The notes beneath the pieces are model-generated. The model was not told the DNA's origin. It was given only the letters and a program-made list of their open reading frames with translations, and made no database searches. This document shows positions 24,701 through 39,700 of a stretch of DNA of 64,000 nucleotides, piece by piece. A program made the position numbers and the translations under genes. Positions within the stretch are counted from its first letter, which is position 1. Every line of letters starts with the position of its first letter. Origin of the DNA: Alphaproteobacteria bacterium (GTDB lineage: Bacteria > Pseudomonadota > Alphaproteobacteria > GM7ARS4 > G965262615); contig OZ253545.1 of the NCBI GenBank assembly GCA_965262615.1, positions 1,248,001-1,312,000 on the forward strand, given 5' to 3'.

Positions 24701-27700
24701 TGCCACCGGAATTAATGGTGGTGTCGGTCACATTATTAATGGTGACGGTGAGATTGCCCGTGTGAACACCATCTTGCAAAGAAGTGATGTCTTGAAACAA
24801 ACGGCGCGCATTGATGCCTGAATTGAGTTCGCTGGCATTGCCGCCCGTGCAGGTGAGGGTGGTGCTGGCAAGATTGCAACTCATGGTGGATGCCGTATTA
24901 TTGACCACCGCCATATTGCTCCAGCGCATCGTCAAAGCAGTGGGAATGGCATTGGTGCTGGTGACACCCAACTCAACAAAGCCCACATACTCCGTGCCAT
25001 CAGCGGCAAAAATACGCACTTGAGATGCCAAGTCCGCCAAATCAAAAACGCTATTGGGAACAAGAGCGGTAGCACTCAGAAGGGTGAAATAGTTTTGATC
25101 GCTAATGCTATACCCAGACGGCAGATACACATGCAATGCGGTGGGGTCTTGTCCCACCGCCGCATTGACATTCACACGCCCCGACAGAGTCATGGCGGTG
25201 TCAAAGACACTGGCGGTGCGACTCAGATAAAGTCCCATGGTGGTATTGGCATTGACGGTGAATGTCTCCAAGCCGGTCACGGTGACTCCTTTTGAGCCAT
25301 TGGTGGAATTCCCCATAATCAGCGTGCCATTGTTATTCACCGTGAGGCTATCTGTTCCACCGCCAAATGCCGATATTCCATTGGCAAGAGTGAGCGTTCC
25401 GCCATTCACCGTGACGGTGTCATTGCCGCCGCCGAGCGTGATGCGCCCCATTGCGCTGCCGCCGCTCATGGTCATGGTGATGTTGCCTGAAAAGGTGGAA
25501 TTGATGATTTCATTCGCCGTTACCGTGCCCGATGTCAAGTTGATGGTGGCGGCGGTGGTGGATGAGCCACCCGTCAAAGCAATCGCCGCCCCACTGCCCA
25601 CATTGATATTGCCAGAATTGGTGATGCTGACACTCCCACTGCCGCCGTGATTGACCAGTATGCCTCTATGGTTGCTGCCGCAATTGGTGGTGCAGTTTGT
25701 CGCAAAGCCGATGGTGGCAGAATTGGTGATGCTCACATTTCCCGTGCCTGCTGAGATCCCGTGAATGCCCCGCAAGCCATTGTTGTAAGGTGTTCCAGCA
25801 AACACCAGATTGCCGCCATTGGTGATGCTCACGCCCACAGATGATTTCACATACAGAGCGGCTTTGTTTGCTCCTCGCACCTGAATATCACGCTTGGTGG
25901 CAGGAGCGGTCTGATTATTGACCGTCATACTTCCCGTCACCCGAGAATCCGTCACCGTGCCATCCAACTCAATGCCATGACCCGTGCCCGCCGTGTTCAC
26001 AGTCGCCGCCAGAGACGCCGTTGCCGAGCCAAAATTAACCGTCAAATTCCCCGTGAAAACACCGCTTGATAATGAGCTGATTTTTCTGAAAATATCATCC
26101 AAATCAAAGCCACCCACAAACTCAAAACTGCTGGCACTGCCCCCACTGCAGGTGATGGCAGTGCTCACCAACCGACAGTTTAACGCCTCACCAATCGTCC
26201 CCCACGCCAACTGCAACTGACCTCCTGTGGCGCGCGATAAGGTGAAATCACCGTCATACACCGTACCATCATGACTGCGCACGACCAGACGGCGAGCCAA
26301 CTCCGAGAAAGTCAGAGTGGATTGCAAAACAATCGCCGATGCATCAATCAAGGTAAACGCCGAACGACTCCCAGATGTATAGCCCGCAGGAAGAAACAAC
26401 TCAAGGATGGGAGCATTTCGGTCATTGCTGCCATTGAAAGTCACCGTGCCGGATATATCCACCTTGCCAAAAAGACTATCCAGATACAAACGCAGCGTGC
26501 TGTTCGCCGCCAGTGTGAAAGTCTCCAAGCCGGTGATGCCAATATAGCGTGACACCTGTGTGCTGCTGCCAATCGCCATGATGCCGCGATTGGTGATGGA
26601 GTCCGTGCCACCACCAAAAGACGAACTGTAATTGATATTCCATGTGCCACCTGAGGCAACAGTCACCGTCTCATTGCCCGTTCCCCCCATGATGCCGCCC
26701 GTCACAGTGGCATTGGAAGCAATACCCACCGTGCTGTTGCCGCCAAACTGCTGACTCCAATACGCCATCAAAGACGACACACGAGAGCCACCGTTGAAAC
26801 GGATGGTGGCGGTTTTACCTGAGCCGCCCACCACATTGACGGCAATGTCACGAGCCTCAATCGTTCCCGTGTTGACAATGCTCACACTGGCAGCAGCACT
26901 TGATGATGGCAGTTCCGCAAGAATCCCCACCATGCCCACAGCATTGACGGTATTGCTCACCCGAATGACACCCGCATTGACAATATCAATGTCCCCCGTG
27001 CCGATATGACTCGCCGCAATGCCGCGATGATTTGTCCCACAGTTTGCAGTGCAAGCAGCAGAAAAGCCAATGGTGGTGGCAAAATTGTTGGTGACGGTCA
27101 GATCGCCCGTCCCCGTCGCTATGGCATAGATGCCATACAACGATGAGGCGTACCGATTATTATTGGTGGCAAACTGCACATTCGCTCCATTGACAACCGT
27201 CACACCACTGCGTCCCTTCACATACAACCCCGCCTGACCGCGATGGCGCACTTGCACATCACGCTTTGTGCCGGTGGTTTGATGATTGACCGTCAGACTG
27301 CCGCTCACCCGCGAGCCTTCCCGTGCCCCATCAATACGCACACCGTGACCCGTGCCACCCGAGTTAATGGTGGTGTCGGTCACATTGTTAATGGTGACGG
27401 TGAGATTGCCCGTGTGAACACCATCTTGAAGTGATGCCACATCTTGAAAAAGACGGCGGGCTTTGATGCCTGTCCCCAATTCACTGGCATTGCCGCCCGT
27501 GCAGGTGAGGGTGGTGCTGGCAAGGGCACAGGTCATGGTGGATGCTGTATTATTGACCACCGCCATATTGCTCCAACGAAGAGTGAGGGCGGTGGGAATG
27601 GCGTTGGTGCTGGTGACTCCCAACTCAACAAAGCCCACATACTCCGTGCCATCAGCGGCAAAAATACGCACTTGAGATGCCAAGTCCGCCAAATCAAAAA

Positions 27701-30700
27701 CGCTATTGGGAACAAGGGCGGTGGCACTCAGAAGGGTGAAATAGTTTTGATCAGCGACGCTATACCCAGACGGCAGATACACATGCAATGCGGTGGGGTC
27801 TTGTCCCACCGCCGCATTGACATTCACCCGCCCCGACAGAGTCAAAGCGGTGTCAAAGACACTGCCCGTGCGGCTTAAATAAAGCCCCATGGTGGTATTG
27901 GCATTGACGGTGAAGGTCTCCAAGCCAGTCACGGTGACTCCTTTTGAGCCATTGGTGGCATTTCCCATAATCAGAGTACCGCCGCTGAGTGTCATGCTAT
28001 CAGTGCCACCGCCAAATGCCGATGTGCCGTTTGTCAGTGTCATTGTGCCACCACTCACCGTCACGGTGTCATTACCACTGCCAAGAGTGATGCGCCCCGT
28101 GGCACCGCCGCCGTTCATGGTCATGGTGATGTTGCCTGCAAAGCTGGAATTGATAATCTCGCTTGCCGTCACCGTGCCAGATGTCAAACCGATGGTGGCG
28201 GCAGTGGTGGATGAACCCCCAGTCAAAGACACCGCCGCACCACTGCCCACATTGATATTGCCCGAATTGGTGATGCTGACCGTGCCAGAGCCACCGTGAT
28301 TCACCAGTATGCCTCTATGGTTGCTGCCGCAATTGGTGGTGCAATTGCTGGCAAAGCCGATGGTGGCAGAATTGTTTATGCTCACGCTGCCTGTGCCTGC
28401 CGAAATCCCATGAATTCCCCGTAGTCCATTGTTGTAAGGTGTTCCAGCAAACACCAGATTGCCGCCGTTGGTGATGGTCACGCCCACCGCCGATTTCACA
28501 TAGAGAGCCGCTTTGTTTGCTCCTCGCACCTGAATATCACGCTTGGTGGCAGGAGCGGTCTGATTATTGACCGTCATACTTCCCGTTACCCGAGAATCCG
28601 TCACCGTGCCATCCAACTCAATGCCATGACCCGTGCCCGCCGTGTTCACTGTCGCCGCCAAAGACTCCGTTGCCGAGCCGAGATTGACCGTCAAATCGCC
28701 CGTGAAAACACCGCTTGATAATGAACTGATTTTTCTAAAAATATCATCCAAATCAAAGCCACCCACAAACTCAAAACTGCTGGCACTGCCCCCACTGCAG
28801 GTGATGGCACTGCCCACCAACCGACAATTTAACGCCTCACCAATCGTCCCCCACGCCAACTGCAACTGACCTCCCGTGGCGCGCGATAAGGTGAAATCAC
28901 CATCATACACCGTGCCGTCATGACTGCGCACAATGAGACGGCGAGCCAACTCCGAGAAAGTCAGAGTGGATTGCAAAACAATCGCCGATGCATCAATCAA
29001 GGTAAACGCCGAGCGACTCCCAGAATCATAGCCCGCAGGAAGAAACAACTCAAGGATGGGAGCATTTCGGTCACTGCTGCCATTGAAGGTCACCGTGCCG
29101 GATATATCCACCTTGCCAAAAAGACTATCCAGATACAAACGCAGCGTGCTGTTCGCCGCCAGGGTGAAAGTCTCCAAACCCGTGATGCCAATATAGCGTG
29201 ACACCTGTGTGCTGCTGCCAATCGCCATGATGCCACGATTGGTGATGGAATCCGTGCCACCACCAAAAGACGAACTGTAATTGATATTCCATGTGCCACC
29301 TGAGGCAACAGTCACCGTCTCATTGCCCGTTCCCCCCGTGATGCCGCCCGTCACAATGGCATTAGAGGCAATGGTCACCGTGCTGTTGCCGCCAAACTGC
29401 CCACTCCAATAGGCCATCAAGGACGACACACGAGAGCCACCGTTGAAACGAATGGTGGCGGTTTTACCTGTTCCCCCCACCACATTGATGGCAATATCAC
29501 GAGCCTCAATAATCCCCGTATTGTCAATGCTCACACTGGCAGCGGCACTTGATGATGGCAGTTCCGCAAGAATCCCCACCATGCCCACAGCATTGACGGT
29601 ATTGGTAACCCGAATGACACCCGCATTGACAATATCAATGTCCCCCGTGCCGATATGACTCGCCACAATGCCGCGATGATTTGCCCCACAGTTTGCAGTG
29701 CAAGCAGCAGAAAAGCCAATGGTGGTGGCAAAATTGTTGGTGACGGTCAGATCGCCCGTCCCTGTGGCAATGGCGTGAATGCCATAAAGAGATGACTCAT
29801 GGCGACCAGCATTAGTGCCAAACAACACATTGGCACCATTGGTCACGGTCACGGCGTTTCTTCCTTTGACATACAGCCCCGCCTGACCGCGATGGCTTAC
29901 CTGCACGGTGCGCTTTGTCCCTGTGGTTTGATGATTGACCGTCAGATTGCCGCTCACCCGTGAGCCTTCCCGTGCCCCATCAATACGCACACCGTGACCC
30001 GTGCCATCCGAGTTGATGGTGGTGTCGGTCACATTGTTAATGGTGACGGTGAGATTGCCCGTGTGAACACCATCTTGAAGTGATGCCACATCTTGAAAAA
30101 GACGGCGGGCTTTGATGCCCGTCCCCAATTCACTGGCATTGCCGCCCGTGCAGGTGAGGGTGGTGCTGGCAAGGGCACAGCTCATGGTGGAAGCCGTATT
30201 ATTGACCACCGCCATATTGCTCCAACTCATCGTCAGAGCGGTGGGAATGGAATTGGTGGTGGTGACACCCAGCTCAATAAAACCAACATATTCGGTGCTG
30301 CCATCTGATGAGAACAGACGCACCTGAGATGCCAAGTCCGCCAAATCAAAAACACTATTGGGCACAAGAGCCGCAGCACTCAGAAGGGTGAAATAGTTTT
30401 GGTCGCTAATGCTATACCCAGACGGCAGATACACATGCAATGCGGTGGGGTCTTGCCCCACCGCCGCATTGACATTCACACGCCCCGACAGAGTCATGGC
30501 GGTGTCAAAAACACTGGCGGTGCGACTCAGATAAAGCCCCATGGTGGTATTGGCATTGACGGTGAATGTCTCCAAGCCGGTCACGGTGACTCCTTTTGAG
30601 CCATTGGTGGAATTTCCCATAATCAGCGTGCCATTGTTATTCACCGTGACGCTATCTGTTCCACCGCCAAATGCCGATGTGCCATTGGCGAGCGTGAGTG

Positions 30701-33700
30701 TTCCGCCATTCACCGTGACGGTGTCATTGCCGCCGCCGAGCGTGATGCGCCCCGAAACACTGCCGCCGTTCATGGTCATGGTGATGTTGCCTGCAAAGCT
30801 GGAATTGATAATCTCGCTCGCCGTCACCGTGCCAGATGTCAAACCAATGGTGGCAACGGTGGTGGATGAACCTCCCGTCAAGGCGATCGCCGCACCACTG
30901 CCCACATTGATATTGCCCGAATTGCTAATGCTCACCGTGCCAGAGCCACCGTGATTGACCAGTATGCCCCGATGGTTGCTGCCGCAATTGGTGGTGCAGT
31001 TTGTCGCAAAGCCGATGGTGGCAGAATTGGTGATGCTGACACTGCCTGTGCCTGCCGAAATCGCCTCAATGCCACGCAATTCAGAACTGTGGGTATTGCT
31101 AGAACGAGGCTTAAAAACCAATGATGCCGCATTATTGATGGTGACACCCACAGACGATTTCACATACAGAGCCGCCTTGTTCGCTCCCCGCACCTGAATA
31201 TCACGCTTGGTGGCAGAAGCGGTCTGATTATTGACCGTCATACTGCCCGTGACCTGTGAGCCTGCCACCGTGCCATCCAGCGTGATGCCATGTCCCGTCC
31301 CACTGGTATTGACCGCACTGGTGAAACTATGAAGAGTCACGGTGAGATTGCCCGAACGCAACCCTTCCGCCGCCAATTCCGACACATCGGCAAACATGCG
31401 ATCCATCGTCAGACCGCCACTGAGCTCACTGGCAGAGCCTCCCGTGCAGGTCAGAGTCGGCACGCTGTAGGAACAATCCAATGTGCTGGCGGCAACAGAC
31501 GCAAAAAGACCCGTCCAGGACACTTGCAAATTCTCGCCGTCCTCACGCAAAACAAATCTGCCCCTGTAGGTGACAGCTCCACGCAACACCTTCACCCGAG
31601 CATCCAAGTCAGACAGACTCGCTATCGTGAGAGAACCACTGCCTGTGTCAATCAAATCAAAAGCCGTGCGGTCGGAAAGATCGTAACTGGCGGGCAGATG
31701 AATCTCAATCACGGGCGCATTACTGCCCGTGCCATTAAAACGAACCGCAGAAGATAACTTCACAGCATTGAAATCTCTCCCCAAATAAAACCGCACAGTG
31801 CTGCCGGACTCCGCCGTGAAGCTCTCCAATCCTCTGATGATGAGATTGCCCGCAGGGCGTGTTCTCATGCCAAAATGCACCGTGCCGCGATTGGTCACAG
31901 AGTCCGTGCCAGAGCCAAAATCAGAAATCAGAGAATCCCAACGCCATGTGCCGTTCGCCGCAACGCTCACCGCATCATTGCCACTGCCACTGCGCACACC
32001 ACCTTGAACATTTGCACCACCAGCAATTCTCACCGTGCTGTTGCCACCCAAATCTTCGCCCCAGTAAATGTAGGTTGCCGAAACATCCGAGCCACTGGAA
32101 AAAGTCACATTGGCACTCTTGCCCGAGCCTCCCTCAACGGCAATGGCGATGTTACGAGAACTGATGCTGCCACTGTTGCTGATGGTGGCACTGGCGACAG
32201 AGGATGGATGAGACAGTTCAGCCAAAATCCCCACCATCCTACTGACGCCAATGGTGGCATTCACATTGATGTCGCCACTGTTCACAATACTGATATTCCC
32301 CGTGCCGATATGACTCGCCGCAATGCCACGATGACTCGTGCCACAACTCACGGTGCAAGCGGCAGAAAAACCAAGAGTGGCAGACGAATTGTTGGTGACG
32401 GTCAGATTGCCCGTCCCTGTGGCAATGGCGTGAATGCCATAAAGAGATGACTCATGGCGACCAGCATTGGTGGCAAACATCAAATTCGCACCATTGACAA
32501 CAGTGACGGCGTTTCGTCCTTTGACATACAACCCCGCCTGACCACGATGGCGCACTTGCACGGTGCGTGGCGTGCCGGTGGTTTGATGATTGACCGTCAG
32601 ACTGCCGGTCACCCGTGAGCCTTCCCGTGCCCCATCAATACGCACACCGTGACCCGTGCCATCCGAGTTGATGGTGGTGTCGGTCACATTATTGATGGTG
32701 ACGGTGAGATTGCCCGTGTGAACACCGTCTTGCAAAGAGGTGATGTCTTGAAACAAACGCCGCGCATTGATGCCTGTCCCCAACTCGCTGGCATTGCCGC
32801 CCGTGCAGGTGAGGGTGGTGCTGGCAAGGGCACAGGTCATGGTGGAGGCGGTATTATTGACCACCGCCATATTGCTCCAACGAAGGGTGAGAGCGGTGGG
32901 AATGGCGTTGGTGGTGGTCACGCCCAACTCAACAAAGCCCACATATTCCGTGCCATCAGCGGCAAAAATACGCACCTGAGATGCCAAGTCCGCCAAATCA
33001 AAAACACTATTGGGAACAAGAGCCGTGGCACTGATGAGGGTGAAATAGTTTTGGTCACTGATGCTATACCCAGACGGCAGATACACATGCAATGCGGTGG
33101 GGTCTTGTCCCACCGCCGCATTGACATTCACACGCCCTGATAGAGTCATGGCGGTATCAAAGACATTGCCCGTGCGGCTTAAATAAAGCCCCATGGTGGT
33201 ATTGGCATTGACGGTGAATGTCTCCAAACCGGTCACGGTGACTCCTTTTGAGCCATTGCTGGCATCCCCCACAATCAGCGTGCCACCACTGAGTGTCATG
33301 CTATCTGTTCCACCGCCAAATGCCGATGTGCCGTTTGTCAGCGTCATTGTGCCACCATTGACCGTGACGGTGTCATTGCCGCCGCCAAGAGTGATGCGAC
33401 CCGTGGCATTGCCGCCGTTCATGGTGACTGTCACATTACCTGCAAAATCTGAGTTAATAATCTCGCTCGCCGTGACCGTGCCCGATGTCAAGTTGATGGT
33501 GGCGGTGTCAGCAGACGCTCCCCCCGTCAAAGACATCGCCGCGCCCGCCACATTAATTGTTCCCGTGTTACTGATGGTCACCGCTTCGGTCGCCGTCCCC
33601 GCCGACACCTGTATGCCATGTGCCGCCGTGCCAGAACCCGTAAGATTAATTGTTCCAGAATTTGTGATGCTCACTGTTCCCGAGCCAGCATGATTGATAA

Positions 33701-36700
33701 AAATACCCTGATGACTCGTGCCACAATTGGTGGTGCAAGCAGAAGCAAAACCAATTTGACTTCCACTATTATTGGTCACATTCACATTTCCTGTGCCTGC
33801 TGAAATCGCCTCAATGCCCCGTAGTCCATTGTTGTAGGGTGTTCCAGAAAACACCAGATTGCCGCCATTGGTGATGGTCACGCCCGCCGCCGACTTCACA
33901 TACAGAGCCGCTTTGTTTGTCCCCCGCACCTGAATATCACGCTTGGTGGCAGGAGCGGTCTGATTATTGACCGTCATACTGCCCGTCACCCGAGAATCCG
34001 TCACCGTGCCATCCAGCTCAATGCCATGACCCGTGCCCGCCGTGTTCACTGTCGCCGCCAAAGACTCCGTTGCCGAGCCAAGATTGACCGTCAAATCGCC
34101 CGTAAAAACACCGCTTGATAATGAACTGATTTTTCTAAAAATATCATCCAAATCAAAGCCACCCACAAACTCAAAACTGCTGGCACTGCCACCACTGCAG
34201 GTGATGGCACTGCCCACCAACCGACAGTTTAATGCCTCACCAATCGTCCCCCACGCCAACTGCAACTGACCCCCTGTGGCGCGCGATAAGGTGAAATCAC
34301 CGTCATACACCGTGCCGTCACGACTCCGCACGACCAGACGGCGAGCCAACTCCGAGAAAGTCAGAGTGGATTGCAAAACAATCGCCGATGCATCAATCAA
34401 GGTAAAAGCCGAGCGACTTCCAGAATCATAGCCCGCAGGAAGAAACAACTCAAGGATGGGAGCATCTCGGTCATTGCTGCCATTGAAAGTCACCGTGCCG
34501 GATATATCCACCTTGCCAAAAAGACTATCCAGATACAAACGCAGCGTGCTGTTCGCCGCCATGGTGAAAGTCTCCAAGCCGGTGATGCTGATATAACGTG
34601 ACACCTGTGTGCTGCTGCCAATCGCCATGATGCCGCGATTGGTGATGGAATCCGTGCCGCTACCAAAAGACGAATTGTAATTAATTGTCCAACTGCCGTT
34701 CGCAAAAACCGACACAGATTCATTGCCCGTTCCTCCCATGATGCCACCCGTCACAACGGCATAAGAGCCAATATTCACGGTGCTGTTGCCACCAAACTGC
34801 TGACTCCAATAGGCAACCAACGCCGAGGTACGAGAACCATTGTTGAAACTAAGAGTCGCGGTTTTACCTGTTCCCCCCACCACATTGATGGCAATATCAC
34901 GAGCCTCAATAATGCCCGTATTGTCAATGCTCACACTGGCAGTGGCACTTGATGATGGCAGTTCCGCAAGAATCCCCACCATGCCCACAGCATTGACGGT
35001 ATTGCTCACCCGAATGACACCCGCATTGACAATATCAATGTCCCCCGTGCCGATATGACTCGCCGCAATGCCGCGATGATTTGTCCCACAGTTTGCAGTG
35101 CAAGCAGCAGAAAAGCCAATGGTGGTGGCAAAATTGTTGGTGACGGTCAGATTGCCCGTCCCCGTCGCTATGGCATAGATGCCATACAACGATGAGGCGT
35201 ACCGATTATTATTGGTGGCAAACTGCACATTCGCTCCATTGACAACCGTCACACCACTGCGTCCCTTCACATACAACCCCGCCTGACCGCGATGGCTTAC
35301 CTGCACGGTGCGCTTTGTCCCGGTGGTCTGATGATTGACCGCCAGACTGCCGGTCACCCGTGAGCCTTCCCGCGCCCCATCAATGCGCACACCGTGTCCC
35401 GTGCCATCCGAGTTGATGGTGGTGTCGGTCACATTATTAATGGTGACGGTCAGATTGCCCGTGTGAACACCGTCTTGCAAAGAGGTGATGTCTTGAAACA
35501 AACGCCGAGCATTGATGCCCGAATTGAGCTCGCTGGCATTGCCGCCCGTGCAGGTGAGGGTGGTGCTGGCAAGATTGCAACTCATGGTGGATGCCGTATT
35601 ATTGACCACCGCCATATTGCTCCAGCGCATCGTCAAAGCGGTGGGAATGGAATTGGTGGTTGTCACACCCAGTTCAATAAAACCCACATATTCGGTGCTA
35701 CCGTCTGATGAAAACAGACGCACCTGAGATGCCAAGTCCGCCAAATCAAAAACGCTATTGGGAACAAGAGCGGCGGCACTCAGAAGGGTGAAATAGTTTT
35801 GATCGCTCATGCTATATCCAGACGGCAGATACACATGCAATGCGGTGGGGTCTTGTCCCACCGCCGCATTGACATTCACCCGCCCCGACAGAGTCATGGC
35901 GGTGTCAAAGACACTGGCGGTGCGACTCAGATAAAGTCCCATGGTGGTATTGGCATTGACGGTGAATGTCTCCAAACCGGTCACGGTGACTCCCTTTGAG
36001 CCATTGCTGGCATCCCCCACAATCAGCGTGCCACCACTGAGTGTCATGCTATCTGTTCCACCGCCAAATGCCGATATTCCATTGGCAAGAGTGAGCGTTC
36101 CGCCATTCACCGTCACGGTGTCATTACCACTGCCAAGAGTGATGCGACCCGTGGCACTGCCGCCGTTCATGGTCATGGTGATGTTGCCCGCAAAGTCCGA
36201 ATTGATGAGCTCATTCGCCGTGACCGTGCCAGATGTCAATCTAATGGTGGCGGCGGTGCTGGATGTCCCGCCCGTCAGAGCGATCGCCGCACCACTGCCC
36301 ACATTGATATCACCCGAATTGCTAATGCTCACCGTGCCAGAGCCGCCGTGACTCACCAATATCCCCCGATGATTGCTGCCGCAATTGGTAGTGCAAGTGC
36401 TGGCAAAGCCGATGGTGGCAGAATTGTTTATGGTCACATTGCCTGTGCCTGCCGAGGTCGCTTCAATGCCGCGCAAGCCATTGTTGTAAGGTGTTCCAGC
36501 AAACACCAGATTGCCACCATTGGTGACACTCACACCCGCCGCCGACTTCACATACAGAGCCGCCTTGTTCGCCCCACGCACCGACACATCTTGTTTTGTG
36601 CCTGTGGTTTGATGATTGACCGTCATACTTCCCGTCACTCGTGACCCTGCCACCGTGCCATCCAATGTGATGCCATGCCCAGTGCCACTGGTATTGACCG

Positions 36701-39700
36701 CACTGGTGAAACTATGAAGAGTCACGGTGAGATTGCCCGAACGCAATCCTTCCGCCGCCAATTCCGACACATCCGCAAACATGCGATCCATCCTCAGACC
36801 GCCAGCCAACTCATCGGCAGAGCCTCCCGTGCAGGTCAGAGTCGGCACACTGTAGGAACAATCCAATGTGCTGGCAGGCACAGACGCAAAAAGACCCGTC
36901 CAGGACACTTGCAAATTCTCACCGTCCTCACGCAAAACAAATCTGCCTCTGTAGGTGACAGCTCCGCGCAACACCTTCACCTTGGCATCCAAGTCAGACA
37001 GACTCGCTATCGTGAGAGAACCACTGCCTGTGTCAATCAAATCAAAAGCCGTGCGGTCGGAAAGATCGTAACTGGCGGGCAGATGAATCTCAATCACGGG
37101 CGCATTGCTACCCGTGCCATTAAAACGAACCGCAGAAGATAACCTAAGAGCATTGAAATCTCTCCCCAAATAAAACCGCACAATGCTGCCGGACTCCGCC
37201 GTGAAGCTCTCCAACCCTCTGATGATGAGATTGCCCGCAGGGCGTGTCCTCATGCCAAAATGCACCGTGCCGCGATTGGTCACAGAGTCAGTGCCAGAGC
37301 CAAAATCAGAAATCAGAGAATCCCAACGCCATGTGCCATTCGCCGCAACGCTCACCGCATCATTGCCACTGCCACTGCGCACCCCGCCTTGGACATTTGC
37401 ACCACCAGCAATGCTCACCGTGCTGTTGCCACCCAAATCTTCACCCCAGTAAATGTATGATGCCGAAACATCCGAGCCACTGGCAAAAGTCACATTGGCA
37501 CTCTTGCCCGAGCCTCCCTCAACCGCAATGGCAATGTTATGGGATTTGATGCTGCCACTGTTGCTGATGGTGGCACTGGCGACAGAGGATGGATGAGACA
37601 ATTCAGCCAAAATCCCCACCATCCTAATGACGCCAATGGTGGCATTCACATTGATGTCGCCACTGTTCACAATACTGATATTCCCCGTGCCGATATGACT
37701 CGCCGCAATGCCACGATGAGCTTGTCCACAACTCACGGTGCAAGCGGCAGAAAAACCAAGAGTGGCAGAAGAATTGTTGGTGACGGTCAGATTGCCCGTT
37801 CCTGTGGCAATGGCGTGAATACCATACAGAGATGACTCATGACGACCAGCATTGCTGCCAAACAGCACATTCGCACCATTGACAACAGTGACGGCGTTTC
37901 TTCCTTTGACATACAACCCCGCCTGACCGCGATGGCGCACTTGCACATCACGCTTTGTGCCGGTGGTTTGATGATTGACCGTCAGACTACCGGTCACTCG
38001 TGAGCCTTCTCGTGCCCCATCAATACGCACGCCGTGTCCCGTGCCATCCGAGTTAATGGTGGTGTCGGTGACATTATTAATGGTGACGGTGAGATCGCCC
38101 GTGTGAACACCGTCTTGCAAAGAGGTGATGTCTTGAAACAAACGCCGAGCATCAATGCCTGTCCCCAACTCGCTGGCATTGCCGCCCGTGCAGGTGAGGG
38201 TGGTGCTGGCAAGACCACAGGTCATGGTGGAGGCGGTATTATTAACCACCGCCATATTGCTCCAGCGCATCGTCAGAGCCGTGGGAATGGCATTGGTGCT
38301 GGTGATGCCCAACTCAACAAAGCCCACATATTCCGTGCCATCAGCGGCAAAAATACGCACCTGAGATGCCAAGTCCGCCAAATCAAAGACGCTATTGGGA
38401 ACAAGAGCGGCGGCACTCAAAAGGGTGAAATAGTTTTGATCGCTAACGCTATACCCAGACGGCAGATACACATGCAATGCGGTGGGGTCTTGTCCCACCG
38501 TGCTATTGACATTCACACGCCCCGACAGAGTCATGGCGGTGTCAAAGACACTGGCGGTGCGACTCAGATAAAGTCCCATGGTGGTATTGGCATTGACGGT
38601 GAATGTCTCCAAACCGGTCACGGTGACTCCCTTTGAGCCATTGCTGGCATCGCCCACAATCAGCGTGCCGCCACTATTCACCGTGAGGCTATCTGTTCCA
38701 CCGCCAAATGCCGATGTGCCATTGGCAAGAGTGAGCGTTCCGCCATTCACCGTCACACTGTCACTGCCTCCTGCCAGAGTGACGCGCCCCGTGGCACTGC
38801 CGCCGCTCACGGTCACGGTGACATCACCCGTAAAGGTGGAATTGATGATTTCACTCGCTGTCACCGTTCCTGATGTGAAATTAATAGTGGCGGTGTCAGC
38901 AGCTTCTCCGCCCGTCAGAGCCACCACCGCACCCTGACCCACATTGATATCTGCCGAATTGGTAATGCTCACACTGCCACTCCCACCGTGATTCACCAGT
39001 ATCCCCCGATGGTTATCGTTACACTGAGAAATATCAGGACAGAAGCCGCCAAAACCAATAGCACCAGTGTTGGTGATGCTCACGCTACCCGTCCCCGCCG
39101 AAATAACCTCCATGCCACGCAGTCCACTTCTGAAGGGAGAGCCCACAAACCTCAAACTGCCGCCATTGGTCACGCTCACCCCCATCTGTGATTTCACATA
39201 TAACGCCGCCCTGTTGGTCCCTTGCACCCACACTTCATGTCTCGTCCCTGTGGTTTGATGATTGACCGTCAGATTGCCCGTCACGCGGCTGCCAAGAATC
39301 GTCCCATCCAGTGTGATGCCATGACCCGTTCCCACCGCATTCACAATTGCTCCAAAACTATGAAGAATCACAATCAGCTCGCCCGAACGCACTCCCCGCC
39401 TCAATAGCGATGGGGAAGAGGCAAACAAACGCCGAAGATCAATACCTTCAGTGACATTACTGTCAGAACGACCCGTACAGGTGAGGGTCGGCACACTGTA
39501 AGAACAACTCAGTGTGCTATTGGTCGTGGGAGCATAAAGATCCTCAAATGAAACCTGCAAATTCTCACCGTCTTCACTCAAGGTCACAATCCCACTGAGG
39601 TTGATTCCGCCCCGCCTAATCGACACTTTGGCATTCAAAGCCGCCAGACTCGCTATCGTGAGAGAACCACTCCCTGTGTCAATCAAATCAAAAGCCGCAC

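Noticed and set aside
19850-38950. Diversity-generating retroelement or invertase shufflon as the source of variation
   Set aside because: There is no reverse transcriptase or recombinase in the window, all copies are direct and in frame, and differences are not obviously adenine-restricted.
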